NCBI RefSeq assembly: GCF_009914755.1
Contig: NC_060932.1
Reading direction: 5' to 3' (one strand)
DNA from: the human T2T-CHM13v2.0 reference genome, Homo sapiens
Length of the DNA: 64,000 nucleotides
Shown piece after piece: positions 1 to 16,460 of the stretch. Position 1 is the stretch's first letter; each line of letters starts with the position of its first letter. The notes under the pieces are model-generated. The model saw only the letters and a list, made by a program, of their open reading frames with translations. It searched no databases and had not been told where the DNA came from. A program made the position numbers and the translations under genes.

Positions 1-372
1 CAGATCTATAATGCACAATTGAAATAGACACACTCAGCAGCTGGCAGAATCTCCACACTGGGAAACCTTCCTAACTTTTTCTCCAAACCTGCTTGCCTCC
101 CTTATCTGCCCCTCCAAGCTCCTCTCCTCCTCAGCATCAGTTGCCCTTTCTTTGTGCTCTTACAGCATTGTTTATTTATCCTATTAAAATGTACATCACA
201 CTCTAGTATAATTTTTCATGCAATTGCTTTTCCCATGTGAAGGAAGCAACCATGTGCTATTCTTGCATCTCCAGCACCTTGCTTAGGGGCTAAGTAGATA
301 AAAAATGTGTGAGGAATAACTGAATGAACCAGTGAATACATCACTGAGCCTCAGGGACATTATGACATTTAT

Positions 373-1569
<1,197 letters not shown>

Positions 1570-1737
1570 TCATAGCAGAGCCAGGCCTTGAACCCAGATC
1601 TCAATTTTAAGTCTGGGTTTCCTTTTACAGCATCAGACATCCTCACCCCTTACTGTTGACCTTTCCCTGGCCTTCTTGTTCACACGTTTAATTTGGTTTC
1701 TTGGTCACTCCTTTGCTGGCAGAGTGGTAGTTATCAC

Positions 1738-1884
1738 TAGAATTGGCTACACAACTTGAAGGACCTAGTGCAAAATGAAAAGACAGGGGTCGTTGCTCAA
1801 AAATGATGAAGCATGTCAAGACAGCAGCAGCAGAGCGTTCAAGCAATGCGGGCACAGGTTGCCCGCCCATAAAATTGGGACCTG
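1738..1884 (-). mobile_element. MER45-type hAT-Tip100 MITE
   Basis: GGCTACACAACTTG..CTAGTGCAAAATGAAAA..CAAGACAGCAGCAGCAGAGC..GCACAGGTTGCCCGCCCAT matches the reverse complement of recalled MER45A. Confidence 0.7.
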
Positions 1885-3005
1885 GTTTACTACAGAGTAC
1901 CTTTTTCCCTTAAGGAGGTGTACCTGGTTTCTGACTGCATGAACTGTGACCTGTGTAGTTTGACTGTGTCTATTCCTGGGGCAAGTGGCTTGATCAGTCA
2001 CCTCCAGTAGGAAGGGCATGGTGACAGACCTGTTGTAGAACTGAATTCCAGAGAGGAGACCGTGCCCAGCGTGGTTGAGCCCCCACACAAGTTCTCCCCA
2101 TGGGTTCCTTCTGTCCTCCTTCCCCTGCCCCAGAACAGTCCTCAGAGGGACAATAGGGTAGTGAGTGTGTGACGGGGTCACGTGAGCCATGTGGCCTTTC
2201 ATCTTCCAGCTTCTGTGTCTGAATGACTCCCTCTGATTTCACTTAGAATCCCAAATAATCCACTTGCACAAAAACATCAGTGAGCTCTGTCACCTTTATG
2301 TGACACAGAGGAAACTTGACGACATATACGTCGCACATCTTAGTACAACTTATAATCCCTCAACAGCTGTTTCTCTTCTCCCCTTGCTCTTCTATTTCTC
2401 CGCTTCCCTGCTCCTTCCTTCCCTTCATGGCCCCCAGCCACCTTGGACCTACTCCCCATCCCACCTCCCCTGTGCTTCGGGAACTTCAGGCTCCTGGCCT
2501 TTATGAATAGTAGTGCAGTTCAGCCCTTCCAGCATCGAACTCCACATGGAGAGACACAGGCGACCCCTCAGTTGATGGGACCTTCTCCGTTCATAAGACG
2601 ATCATCTTTGCTATTCAAGTGAGCCCCTTGGGGTCTTTTTCCCTTCATCTAAAGTCATTAATACATTTTCTAATGCATGTACAGTGAAAGAGTACAATTT
2701 TCTTTATTCTTATTGCCTCTTTAATTCTGGCTTTTACACAGGACATCCCCACTCCTGTCTAGCCATGGGGGTGGGAAGAGTGGGTGGCTGAGGCAGGGAC
2801 CAAGCCTATTCTCTCTAAGCATGGCGAGGTCTTTTTCCCTGAGTCCCTGGCAGGAGGGGAATATCTTCCTGGCATCCTGAGTCTCAGTCCTGGATTTATG
2901 GTGCAGTGACCACTTTATTCACTGCTATGAGCCTACTTTTGCTTTGTAAGCCAACAGATTTGGTCCAGGCAAGTATCACCACCAGAAAGAAAGGGTAAAC
3001 ATTTC

Positions 3006-3289
3006 TTTTTCTGTTTTTTGAGACAGAGTCTCGCTCTGTTGCTCAGGCCGGAGTGCAGTGGTGCGATCTCTGCTCACTGCAATTCAAGCAATTCTCATGC
3101 CTCAGCCTCCCAAGTAGCTGGGACTACAGGAGCCTGTCATCACGCCTGGCTAATTTTTTTGTATTTTTAGTAGAGATAGGGTTTTGCCATGTTGGCCAGG
3201 CTGGTCTCGAACTCCTGGCCTCAAGAGATCCACCTGCCTCGACCTCCCAAAGTGCTGGGATCACAGGCATGAGCCCCTACACCCAGTTC
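3006..3289 (-). mobile_element. Alu (old J/S type) with ~15-bp internal deletion
   Basis: Antisense Alu dimer; TSD AAACATTTC at 2997-3005 and 3290-3298; GCTCACTGCAA joins directly to TTCAAGC. Confidence 0.95.
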
Positions 3290-5639
3290 AAACATTTCGA
3301 TTTTAAGCATAGACTTTTATGCATTTTGGTATTGTCAGGAGAGAATGCTTTATATTTGGCAAGACTTTGTCTTAAATAAGAGAAGTGCTTTTCCAATAAG
3401 ATGCAAACTTGAAAGGAAAAGAACACAGGCAAGAAATATTAGCTATTTGGGGGAAACAGACAGATAACTGTCTGCTCTCTCCTCAAGAGAAACATAACAC
3501 CCGGATTAGTGTTACTAGGTGTGGTCTCATGAAGTCAGCTGGCTCAACGTTGGATGGAATCCTGCTCTTTGGGAGAGCAATATTCATGTGTTAATCTAGT
3601 ATGGCAGTCAGTTTCTTTTCAGTGGAAGGAAAACTCAAATGAAAAATGCAAAGCCTTAGCATCTTTTCTGACCAAGCTCAGGGGTGTGGGTTTAGGCGAT
3701 TAGCTGGGTTTTCATTCTCACTCCTGGGAGGGTGCCAGCATTGTCTTTTCCTGGATAGTGGAGTGTGTGGCACTCTTGCATGCTCCTTTTCCTTCTTATT
3801 TCAGTCCCAGCCCAACCCCTCCTCTTTCTTCTCATTTAAACCAAGCCAGTACTAACCCAGGGCAGCTCCACAGAGAGGGGCCTCTTGAGGATGGGAACCA
3901 GTTTTGCTTACAGTAGTGTCCCAGGATTTCGCTTAGTGCCTGGTGTACAGTAGCTGCTCAATAAATACTTGTGGACTACAGAAGAAAAATGGAATGGGGA
4001 ACTAGCAAAGCAATCCCTGTGTAAAGCACTGTGGCCCCTATTCTGGAGCAATTTACAAACTCAAGAGCAGTAAGACTGAGTAGCGACTCAAGGGGCTATA
4101 TTCACAAGCTTGGGGTGGTGTGGTGTTGGATGTGCTCATGCTTGTCTGTACTGGAGGTGACTGAGACTGATGCTGTTTTCAAACAGCAAGACATTGCCAG
4201 CAATCCTCAGAATCTGGAAGGCAGGCAGGAATTGGAATTGGAATGGATTAGCGGCTGTCTGCTTGTAGGCAAAGCTGTCTGAAATAGAGTGCAAGAATCA
4301 TTGATGTCCATCATGGAACAAGATTCTATGAATTGAAAGGGACATTAGAAATAACCTAATTCAACCTCCCCTTTCTCCCCTTCCTGCTCTCCTTTGGCAG
4401 AGAGAGAAACTGAAACCTAAAGAGTTTAAGAGACGTATTCAAACCGCATAGTTAGTTGGCAGGAGATTCTAGAACATATTCCTGATCTATTCCCAACTCC
4501 ATTGCTCCCTGGCGATCTTACTCCTGGAAGTGGTTCTTAAACATTTCATGGTCACTCTTTGATAATTGGATGGAAGCTCTATACTTTTTGCATCACAAAA
4601 TGCATATCCTCTGAATTATACAAAATTCTGCATATTCTGGGGATTCCTGTAACTTACTATTTATTCCCACGACCTCTGTTTATTTACACCATTGCCATTG
4701 GACAATGTCAGAAATGCCTCTGGGGTTAAACCAAAGCTTAATCTTCACTAAAGATTTTAGGTCCAGCCCCTTTTAAGGGCTACAGAGCCAAAAGGCAATT
4801 TTCCTATTCTGTTGGGGAGTGGTAAGAAAGCTGTAATTGTAAAATGAGATGAAAAAAGAAAAAACACTACAAAAGGACTAGTGTGGTTGAATCCCAGGGG
4901 TGAAAAACTTTCTGAGTGGAAGAACTTGGAGAACGTAGAGTCATTGCCCACAGTGGGGGACTCTGGCCTCACTGTCTGAAGGATTGCAAACATGCCTACG
5001 TACAGTCGTAGCACATATACCTTGGGGAACAATGTCTCTCTGGCAGGGGGCAAGTATAAGATGACTTAATAAATCTTTTCCATCTCTAATTTCTATGATT
5101 CTGTGAAATAAAAACATGAGTCACAGACCTTCTAAAAAGCAGGCCATTTCAGAGCTGGCTTGATCACCAAGATCAGAATTAAAGTTAATGTCTACATCTG
5201 GGAATTTAAATGTGCAGACTGTGGTGTTCACAGGGAGGCAGTCTGAAGGACATTCTGGAATCAGTTGATTTTCACACTGTTGCTTTTTAGCACTGGGTAC
5301 TTCAGAAGGTGTAATAAAAAAAAAACAAAACCAGTCAGATCAAATATGTGAGGAGGGCTGTCTGACATTCTGTTCTTGTCCCCACATGAGGCTGGGACTT
5401 TCGTGTCCAGGAGACTTGGTTGCTGGTTCTGTGTCGTTACTCTATTTAACATCACCAGTACCGTGGAGAACTGCCATGGCCATAGGGATGCCCAGGTAGA
5501 CAGAGATACAATAATGTGGTCTTGGGTCCATTCATTCATTCATTCATTCATTCACAAATTTCGAAAGAATCCACCTGACCATGAGTCTATTCGTCATTGC
5601 ATACTGTGTCTATCACATCAAAGCACCCTTGGATCTGCC

Positions 5640-6150
5640 TATTGAAATCAGAATAGAGCCCAAACTCCTTGAGGTGGCATTCAAGGCCCACCAGCGTGAT
5701 CTGGCCCCTGCCTACTCTGGCCTCGTCTTCCTTTCCTTCTCCTCATTCACTGTGTTCAGCAAGACACCCTTATTTTGACCCCCTGGAATGCCAAAACCTT
5801 ACTGATCTCAGGACATTGGCACTTGCTCATCCTTCTGCAAGAGTGACAGCTTTGATCTTTCCATGATGTCCTTATCACCCCTCAGGTCCCCAACTAAATA
5901 TCCCCTCTTCACAGAGGCCTCCCCCTTGATCGCGTGAGCTAGTGCTGTGGTCCAGCTCACTCTCTAGACTTTCTCTAGAGCACTTGCCTGTACTGGGTAG
6001 CACCAGGTTTGTTTCTGTGTTTATCATCTGTCAGAAAATTAGTTCTAGGGCACAAAGTCTGCCTTGTTCACCACTGTATTGTTAGTACCCAGAGCTATGT
6101 CTGGTGTATAGTAAGTGCTCAGTAAGAACTTGTGGACTAACCGATTAAAC
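5640..6150 (+). mobile_element. L2 3' region
   Basis: Typical L2 motifs (CCAAACTCCTT..GGCATTCAAGGCC, TCTGGTGTATAGTAAGTGCTCAGTAA). Confidence 0.7.
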
Positions 6151-7129
6151 AAACTTAAGTTAGACAACTACTACCTGCCAGGAACTTTCATATCTGTTGC
6201 CGTGTAATGTTTATAGCCTTATAAACTATCATCCGTATCTTATAGGTGAGGAAATGGATTTAGGCAGAGTGACTTGTTCAGGATCACAGAGCAAATAAGT
6301 GCCAGAGTGAGACTTAAGTCTTATAAACACACATTCCAAGCTCCACCTGCTAGACCCCCTCATGCTTTACAGGAGATCGTATTATGAGAAGCTTGAACAC
6401 TTCAGATATTTGTAGGAAAAGCCTCAGCATTCTCTTCCTGATCTAGCCAGGGAGTTTAGCTCTTCCAAGATTTTCAGCTTGAGGCTTACAAACTTAGCTG
6501 ATAACTCACCTGCTTCTGGAAACAGACCCAGGGAAGGTCTCAGCATGGCACCTTGTCCCCCTTCCTCAATCCTCTCCTTGTGACTTCCACTTCTGTTCTG
6601 AGCCACTTGGGAGTTGGCATCACTGACTCCATTCACCTACAGAGCCGCTGCCCTGCCTCGTCCCCTTACCCTTCACAGCCCAACCCTCAGGTTATACTGA
6701 GTTCAGAGAATTCTACCATAAGGCTGTCATAAGAAGAGGACCTGTCCCATGTCTTGGCAATTGTGTGGGCCCTCCCTTTTTCTTTCCCTACAGGTGCAGG
6801 GGCTGGTAATTAGATCCCAACTACAAACAGTCAAGGCATGGAGGGTTCTTAGGGTCAGAAACTCCTCCCCTATCCTAATCTTCCAGATCATTCTGAGAAG
6901 CCTGAAGTAAAAACAGTAGCATAATAGGGTTAAATCAGTATGCTTTATTCTTCCCCTTCCCTTCCTTCTTCTCCCACCCCCTTCTTTCTTCTCTTTCAGC
7001 AGGGAGCATTTACTGGGCACTGTCAGCCCTGAGTTAGGTGAGAGTGATTCAGGGGCAGATCAGACATAATCCCTGCGTTTGTCTAAGTCTGGAAGAAAGA
7101 GTTAGAAATGTAAACACATAGGTGTAATT

Positions 7130-9660
7130 AAATTTTTATTTTTCCCTCTTTAATAATCTGGACGTACAATTCTAGGTGACTGGGATTTTTCCTCGGAAGA
7201 TACCACTTCAGCGCCTTTTGGACTTCGTTATTGCTGATGAGAAGTGTGTTAAACTCTAAGATTATCTGCTGTTCTTTGCAGATAATCTGTTGTTTTTCTT
7301 TTTCATGTTAAAGACTTTTAGAAAGAAACATTGATAGTATATAGTTTCACTATGATGTACCCAGGTATGGGTTTATCTTTATTTTTGATCTCAGAATTTG
7401 AAGTACACCCTAAATATGAGGGTTTTTGTTTTCTTTAATTCTAGAAAAATCTAAGCTGCTATCTTTTCAAATATTGCTTCTCCACCATTGATATTATTAT
7501 GGACCTTTTTCTTCTCTCTTCCACATCTCTCTTAACTGTGTCTATCTGAGCTGAGATTGGTCTATGCTGAATTTCCCAGGCCTGTTTTTCTTTTCTTTTT
7601 TAAAATTAAAAATTTTAAAAATATAATCACAAACTTACAAAACAGTTGGAAGTATAGTACAAGTAACTTGTTTTCTACAGACCTATTTGAAGGTGAGTAG
7701 CTGACCTGATGCTACATCACCTCCACATGTTTTGGTGTGTTTCCTATCCCTAAGGACATGCTCCTACATAGCCACAAGGAAATTGTCAAGATCAGAAAAT
7801 TAACAGTCATGTTGCTACCAGACTCCCTTCAAAGCTCACCCTGTTCCAATTGTAGCAAAATTATTCAGGCTGGAATCACATGTTGCATTTAGTTGTCATG
7901 TCTCCTTTCCTTCTTTTGGTCTGGAATGGAGCCTCAGTATTTCCTTGACTTTCTTGAGCATGAGCTTTTGAGGAGTTACAGGCCAGTTAGTTGACGGGAT
8001 GTTCATCAGTTTGGGTTTATCTAATGTTTCTTCATGATAAGGTTGATCTCACACACCTTTGGTGGGAATATCACAGAAGTGGTGGGTATTCTTCTCACTG
8101 TATTCCATCAGGCGGCACATTATTTCACATTGTCCCATTACTGATGATTTTTCTTTGATAGCTTGACGAAGGTGGTGTCTGCCAGACTTTGCCAGGGTAA
8201 AGTTATCCTCTTCCTCTTTCTAATTAAAATGTGTTTTATGGGGAGATACTTTGAAACTGTGTAAATATACTGTTTCTTATCACACGTTCAATTCATTCGT
8301 ATCTCTATGAACTGATGGTTTCCTGCTCTATTTAATGGACTGTAATCTGGTACTCTTATTTATTTTGATACTGAAATTGTTCTTGATTTGGCCATTGGGA
8401 GTCCACCCAGGCTGCTTCTGTGTTCTTTGGATATATCTCCATCATTTTTTGAGGATCTCCTTGCTTTTTAGTATGACAAAATGTTTTAGTCTCATCTTAC
8501 ACTTTCCCTAGCCCAATACTGGAATTTTTTTAAGAAACCCTGATCTTGCAGTACAGAATAGTACTTAGAAGCCAATATCTGGGTAGTAGGTGTGCTCATG
8601 GTTCTTGTGGTATCTGTGCCCCAAGGCCTTCTCAGTGGACAGAGCTAGGGAATATGTACATGTGTATTCTATATACATACGTATATACATAGAGTAGATA
8701 GATATATGCATGTATATAAACATATGTATGTATGTATGCATATATGTATGCAACATACAGGCTGCCCCCACATGTGAGTTCCCTCTTTACTTGGCTTGGT
8801 TTCCAGGCTGCTGCTCCTGCATGGATGATCTTCTCATGCTGCTTGATCTACCTTCTTTTTAATTTCACTAATTATCTCTTTGCTTTTAGTCTAGAGTACA
8901 TTACATCTTTGAGTCTTTAAAAATTGCAGTGACTATATTTTTCATTTCCAGTATTTCAAATAAGCTTTTGAAAATCATGTGTAGCAGTCCTTTCTTTCAT
9001 TTTTGTGTTTTGTTGTATAAATTTTTGGTCATGTTTAATGGTGTCTTTCTTTCATTTATTTCTCTGAGTATCCTAAATGCTTACCAACATTATTTTTTGA
9101 AATTCTACCATAGAGTTTATTTCATCTGGAGTGAATTTGCGTTCAAGTTTGTTGGCTAACTTTCCTGGTATTAGGTTTCTTGTGTTTTAGAATTTTGGTT
9201 TGCGGGTTTAAGTGAGAGCTTTTGTTGTTTTCTTTTTTTCTCTCTCTTAATATTCAGTTCTTTTTTTTATTGTTCCATTTTTGCTTTATCACTGAGCTGC
9301 CAGGTCTTAAAATTGAGATTTGATTGCAGACTCAGTTTCTTGTCATGAAGCTTTGTTTCTTTGTTCCCATATCCCTTGGCTCACAACTTCTTATGAAGCT
9401 ACAGTTCCCTTTATGAGGTCAGTAACCTTTTATTTTCTAGCTGTTAACATAATCAAGAAAACTCCAGCCTTATGGCTTCTTGCAGGGAACCTGGCCCAAT
9501 GCCTACCCACAAGTGGGGAACCTTTAGTTCTCATTACCCTGTCTTGCTTCCAGCAGCTTCTGGCTATCACTGCTTCTGACTCCAGAACCCAGCAGGCCCA
9601 CAGTGTCAGCCCTGAATTTAGATTTTTGTAGATATTTTGAGCATAGATATGTCTTATGGT
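7130..9660 (-). mobile_element. Old L1M (L1MC/L1ME-like) nested fragments, with a (TATG)n-type simple repeat at ~8655-8760
   Basis: T-rich antisense L1M-like text (TTTCACTATGATGTACCCAGG, TTTTCAAATATTGCTTCT, TGTTGCATTTAGTTGTCATGTCTC); boundaries approximate. Confidence 0.65.
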
Positions 9661-9694
9661 TTCATCTCTTTTTGTCTATTATTTGGAAGAAAGT

Positions 9695-10131
9695 TGTTAA
9701 AAGCAAAGGTTTAGGCAAATTAAATTTAGCAGAGTTTATTTAAGCAAAGAATTATTCACAAATTGGGCAGCCCTCAGAACCGGAACAGAACCTTGGAACA
9801 GGTTCAGAGAAACACCGGTTGGCTACATGATCAGGCAGCATTATATGGGCAGAAAATGGAAATGAGATACAGAAAACAGAAGTGAGGTACAGCGTCAGCT
9901 TAATTGGTTATAGCTTGGCGCTTACCTTATTTGAACATAGTTTGAACAGCTGGCCACTTGTGATTGACTGATGGTCAGCTGCTGTGATTGTCTGAGACTC
10001 AGCTATTTGTTACAGAAACATCCTTTTAAGTTAGACTTTCAGTTAGTTTATGTACTAAGTTAGGTTACAGTTTGTTATGTAAGGACCCAAGTACAAAGGC
10101 ATCCTCAGGCCAAATTTAGTCTAATTTAACA
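9695..10131 (-). mobile_element. MER57-family ERV1 solo LTR
   Basis: TGTTAA...TTAACA termini; internal TTATTTGAACATAGTTTGAACAG and AAGTGAGGTACAG; 4-bp flanks AAGT/GAGT. Confidence 0.8.
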
Positions 10132-13100
10132 GAGTGGAAGGCAAAGAATGAAGCTATGAGTCTATCTTGACAGAGAACCTTATTCTTATTTTTTTAATGT
10201 ATGAATCTGTGAACCCTAGACCTTCCTTAGCATCATGAGACTTCTCTACAACTTTTAACCACATACATGGAAACTCAGTCCCACCCATGACTTCTGGAAG
10301 TAAGGAATGTACAGTCCTTTACAAAAGTCTTACTACTAAAGGATCAAACACATTTGGCGATCAGTAGATAGTAAAAGTCAGTTCTTTTCCCTTCAAGGTT
10401 ATCCTAGCCCATACTGAATGTCCTCTGATGGGCCTTAGAAGCCTCTTCTCTGTCTCCTCCCTTCCTTCTCTTCCTCATGATCAACTCTACCTTTCCCAAT
10501 CTTTCCTCTTCTCCTCCCAGCTTCCGTTTGTTCCTCTCTGTGGAGTTGGGGTGGCTGGTGCTGGTGGACATGGTGGGGATGTGTATGCTTCAGGTACTGC
10601 AATAGAGAAGGAAGGTCATGAAGAAGAGGGGCTGTGCCTGAATATTCTGAGAGCAAAACTCTGGTGTGTTACTTAAATGTCTCAGTCTCTTTTCCCTGAA
10701 TTTCAAAGATCTTTTATTATGTTTTATGGCCAAGTTCCTTGAAAGGAGACGATCTTGCTCCCAGTTCCAGAAAAGGAGAGGGAAGCGAAAGAAAACTTAA
10801 TTCTGCCATATTTTCACAAAATTAATTTGGTCCCCATTAAATGTCACAGAATATGTTGCTTTGGAAAACTTTTAGTCCCCATTGTAAGTTCTTAGAGCCA
10901 CAAAGCAAATCTAAGGTACATCTGGAAACTTCTAACTCATTCTACAAAGTAGAACAAAAACCAACAACTTCTTGAACGCTTTTGAGGAATAAACTGAGGC
11001 ACATAGGCAGAATTCAATTAAAAGCACATCATAAACTTTTAAAAGTATCGTGACAGCAGTAGAAGCATCTGACCATTTCAGGACAAGACTTCCAGTTACA
11101 TGGAAACCAGTTTCATTTCTCCAGTCTTTGCAGAGCCTAATAATGTGGTACAAACATGAGGTTATTTTACTTTATTTGAAAAATAATTCATCTCATTTTT
11201 TTTCAAGTTCTCTCAAATGAAATCTGCCTGGTACCTCCAAAAGCTGGAAGCCCTTTTTTTGTTGTTGTATTTTTGCACAGTTCAGATTTTCTGCTTCTTC
11301 AAAGGGTCAGTTTGTACAGTGTCTCTGGAATCAGGCAATCTTATGTCAGAATCCTCTCCAAATATTCAGATTGTAATTACTATGGTGCCAATGGAAAACA
11401 GCCTCTTCTTAGACAAAAGGATGATGATGGTAGAAGCAGAAGGCTATCTGTCTGCCCTCAGTTCCTGAGGTCCCAAGAAAAGAAGTTTTTTGTTAGAGGA
11501 ATTAGACTGTGGCTCTAAAGCATATGGAAAGCCTCTACCAGTAAGTTATATAATCAGGGACTAAGTTCTTTGGGGTATGCAGCAGATAAATGGTCTTTTT
11601 GACTCTTGACACTGGTAATTGATCACCTGCTAGAATGAATCATGAAGGGAGGGTATGTGAGAACAGGAGGGACCTTTCTATAATCACGAGTTTCTAAATC
11701 CAAAGGCTGTGGTGACTGTAAGACCCCTCTCCAGTTTTGGTGGCTCCTAAAAAATAGGGCATATTATAATGACACATGGATGTTTTATAGTCCCATCTAT
11801 CTAGGTATGACAATATTAATTGAACTGTCAGATTGCTCGGGACTGAGATGCTTGGTCAAAATACTTGGAATTACAGAGAAAAAAATTCCCAGGGGGTCAA
11901 AGCAGGTGTACTCAATGTGGAATGCAAAATTCACAGAGTTAGTGTTGCCTGCCTGCTTTTATCTGGTCAGAGATTCCAGGGAGCTGTGGGGCTCATTCAT
12001 GCTTGAAGGATTATATTAAGATGCCTGGATCTTGCAGAGCTGTCTCAGGCCAGCATGTTGTGTGCACAGCTGGTTCTGTTACCTTAAAACACCAGTTAGT
12101 TTTGAATTAAGGCTTTGATGAAAGATGTCAGTGTTGATCTTGGGAAACTCTTTACACATTAATTCAAGAGACGTGTTAGCTAAAGAGTTTGGGGCATATG
12201 TTTGGAGATGTACTAAGAGGAGAAAGGGAAACAAGGTATTATTTCTATATTACCTGACTCTGGTTGGGGAAAAGTGTTAGACCTTGCCACTTTCTGAAAT
12301 TTCGGTTGGGAATTAAAACACAGATTACTATTGGTTTTAAAATGTTGAGTTCATTTAATCATGAACACAGCATTCAGCATTTTCTCAATGGATATATAGC
12401 AGTGCTAACTGTAAGAAAAAAGAGGAAAATTAACTTTTCGTCTTGTAAATAGCAACCCAGAATTCTAACTGCCCAGGATTCTGAAGAATAAATTCATTGA
12501 GGCCGCCCAGTTTTTGCAACTGCCATGAAACCACTTAAAGATTTTATGTCTGAGAGCCTTGCTCAAGATTGTTATTTAAAAACGACTGTAATGTGGAATA
12601 CAAGTGCCTTAAGGAAACTGTCCTAGAAACTCATAGTCCAAGGCAGGTGAGTTCTGGCCACTGTTCGGTTGGTCTAAGAGAAGTACCATTGTATGGAGAT
12701 TTTAAGTAGTGTCTAGTTGGCTGTGCCCAGCCAGGAGGGTGATGGGAGGGTGAGCATATCACTTCCCTATTTTCTATTCATTGCCTTTACCAATCTACCC
12801 CAAAATTGGGAGTTATCAGTCCTAGAGCACCCACTCGGACCTGCCTATTTGTCTTCTCACACTTGTCTCGCTTCTACATGAGATAAGTTATGCTTTTTCT
12901 TGTCTTCATATCTTTGTTCACTCCATTTCTTTTATTTAGATCCCCTTCTGCTTCTCAGAGTTCTTCCCAAATCCCCTGTTTCTGAGGTTGCCACATAACC
13001 CTTTGGAGCTAGATGTTCAGTAAATACCTAAGACATGAAATGAAATGAAGTGAAACAAAATGAAATAAAAAAGGGTCATCACAAGATCCAGCTTTTTCAT

Positions 13101-13444
13101 ACCTTCTCCCTGTGAGGTGCCCTTTAGTGGCTTCCTGGTCACTAAAGGCATTCGCCATCGGTAGGACTGCCCTTGACTGGGCGCTGCTGTTACCCCCAAG
13201 TCTCCAAGCTGCTCTGTGTTTTCAGGAGCCCTCCAATGTGCCAGGGCAGGATTGGAGAGCTGGGCATGTCCTCTTCTCTATTACTCTTTGCTTTAAGGGT
13301 ACAAAAACAGTGTTGCTTTGTCTGTTTCCTACTGGGAGCTCAGAGTAAACACAGCTATACATTCTTGATTAACATCTCTCAGCCTCCTTGTAATTCAGAT
13401 ACATCCAAGTGAGAGGCATCATGCTGTAGTGCATTCATGCATTT

Positions 13445-13486
13445 ATTCATGGACGAATGAATAAATTCATGGACGAATGAATAAAT
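13445..13486. repeat. Perfect 20-bp tandem duplication
   Basis: ATTCATGGACGAATGAATAA x2. Confidence 0.9.
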
Positions 13487-15649
13487 GGATGAATGGAGTA
13501 CAGCATGATATCTCAATTCAGTGATATCCTGCAGATCTGACTCTGAACCAGTAAGGGGTTCAGGGTCAGATCCATAGGATACAATGGTGATCCAGTAGAT
13601 AGCATCCTTGCCCTCAAAAATTTAGGGCTATAGTACTGAGCCAACTTGGTGTGTCTACCTCCTTTGTCTTTAGGTGTTTTCCCTGTAAGCTTCCTCTGAT
13701 TCTTAGCGGGTGGATTCTGGGCAGGTCTGTCCTGCTCTTCTGCCAGGTGAGGCCAGGCAGGTGTAATGGGGCTGGATTTAATCCTACCTGGAGGTGACAG
13801 TGGGCCATGCAAGGGGTGGGGGAATCTCTGTGTCTTTCATTCCCTCCCTCCCAAGATCAGGTGCTTGGGGCTTACCCTTTCACACTCACCCTTGACTCAA
13901 TGTCAGACTCCTACCCTCCTACCCTCGGTTTCAGAAGGTTTATAAACCTGATGAATAGGACTTGCCCATGTGGGACAGTTTGGATGGCAAGGCCGATTCT
14001 TGCGTGGTATGCAGCTGATGGTGGAAACAAGGACAGCTCAGATGGCCGTTCAAGGCAGGTGGCCAAGGAGCGCACAAGAATGGTGGCTGATGGTGTGCAG
14101 GTTGGGATCAGCTCCTGCCTGGATCTTAGGTACTGGTCAATGACCACATGTGTTGGGCACGGCCCTGGGCAGTCACTCAGAGCTGACCCAGCTCCTTTTG
14201 GTCCTGTCTGTCCAGTTCTGGCCTCCTCACTGTAGATTCACAGAGCTCTGCCCAGGTCAGACTCTCCACTTCCTAGCCTGGGCAGCTCTCCTCTGCTGTC
14301 CATATCACACTCTCCGGTCTTTGTCTATTTTTTTTTTTGACAATCCACTCATTCGAGCAGTTTCTCAAAGAGGATGCTATTAGCATTGTGATAATTAAAT
14401 AGTCATAATTAAATCCCTGCCCCCAGATTTCCAGCTTAACCCTACTTCCCAACTCCACCATCCTTGAGAAAGAGGGGGAGGTACCACTTCTCTCGCAGAT
14501 CCCAATGACAGGGTCATGGTCACAAACTCTAAGCCTTGTTTCCTTCAAAGTTCAGCTTTTGATTCTCAAAAACTTTTTTTCCTCTCAAAAAGGCTGGTTT
14601 CTACAACACAAAAATGTTTGGATTTCCCCAATTATCTTGTTTCTGTTATGTATTTTTAATATCCATGTACAAGCTTAGAAACTGAATATTAAAATGGCCT
14701 TTTTGCATCCCTGCTGTTATTCTACCTGGGGCAATGAATGGGTGGGGGCGGATAGGGCCTGGCATTTCCAAGGAAAATCTGTGTTCAACATTTCCAAATT
14801 TCGGTGCAGTGCCCATGTCTGTCTCAGCAGAAAAAATATAGCTTAGGCTCCAGTGGGCGCCTTACTCCATCAGCTGTAGCTTTCTATGATGTCACCTGGA
14901 GCATCGTCCACCCCGACATTGGCCCCGCTTTAATCAAGATAGAGAAAAATATAGCATGGCTCCTTAAGATGTCCAAAGCTAAAATAGAAGAATCATTTGC
15001 CAGGGGGTAGGGGGTACAGATTTAGGAAAGAGATGACAAGACACATTTCTAGTTTGAAGCGAGTAGATATGTAGCAGAAGGCAAGGACAACTTTGGAGAA
15101 ATTGCAGAGCAGTTGAGGGTCCCAGGCCCTCAGGCAAAGGCTAAGAAAATTATTCAGAATAAAAGCAGAATCTCATTAGAAAATATGTGTGAGGTAGATT
15201 TGTAAATAATGAAGAACTATAAAAGCCGAGAATGCTTATCTTGCTTCACTAAAAAGTGAACAGCAATCAGAATGGCAAAGAATAAAAGACGTAAAAAGAG
15301 TAAAATGGCAAAGAGCCTGTTAGTACTAAGTGTGGCCAAGGGGGTGGTGGGGTGGGGAGTGAACATTTGCTTACTTAGCCATTAAGATGGTGAATTCAGA
15401 TATCCAGATTCTGGAGTATAGTTTGACAAAAGTATTGATATCCTTAGAAAATATATACTGTTTGATAAAGTAATTTCACTCTTGTATATACGAAGAATGT
15501 TTATCCCAGCATTATAATGGAGAAAAATTGGAAAATATCTAAATGTAAATCAGCTAAGGATTAGTTAAATAAATTTATGGCATGGCCATTCACCATGATA
15601 ATGTTGATCTGTATTTATTGATCAGGAAATGTAACCATCTGTTTTTTGT

Positions 15650-16298
<649 letters not shown>

Positions 16299-16371
16299 TA
16301 AGTGGGAAAAAAATAAGACAGACTATAAAGCATCTAAAGATAGTGTCATGCCATCTTGGTAAACATTTTAA

Positions 16372-16376
<5 letters not shown>

Positions 16377-16419
<43 letters not shown>

Positions 16420-16460
16420 AAAATTTCCAGACTATTTACATATTTATATATATATATATG
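16377..16460. repeat. Interrupted (TA)n microsatellite
   Basis: Two TA runs read directly from the sequence. Confidence 0.9.

Noticed and set aside
15340-15358. G-rich runs as G-quadruplexes (also ~63875-63901)
   Set aside because: Imperfect tracts or a long loop, isolated, and common in primate DNA.
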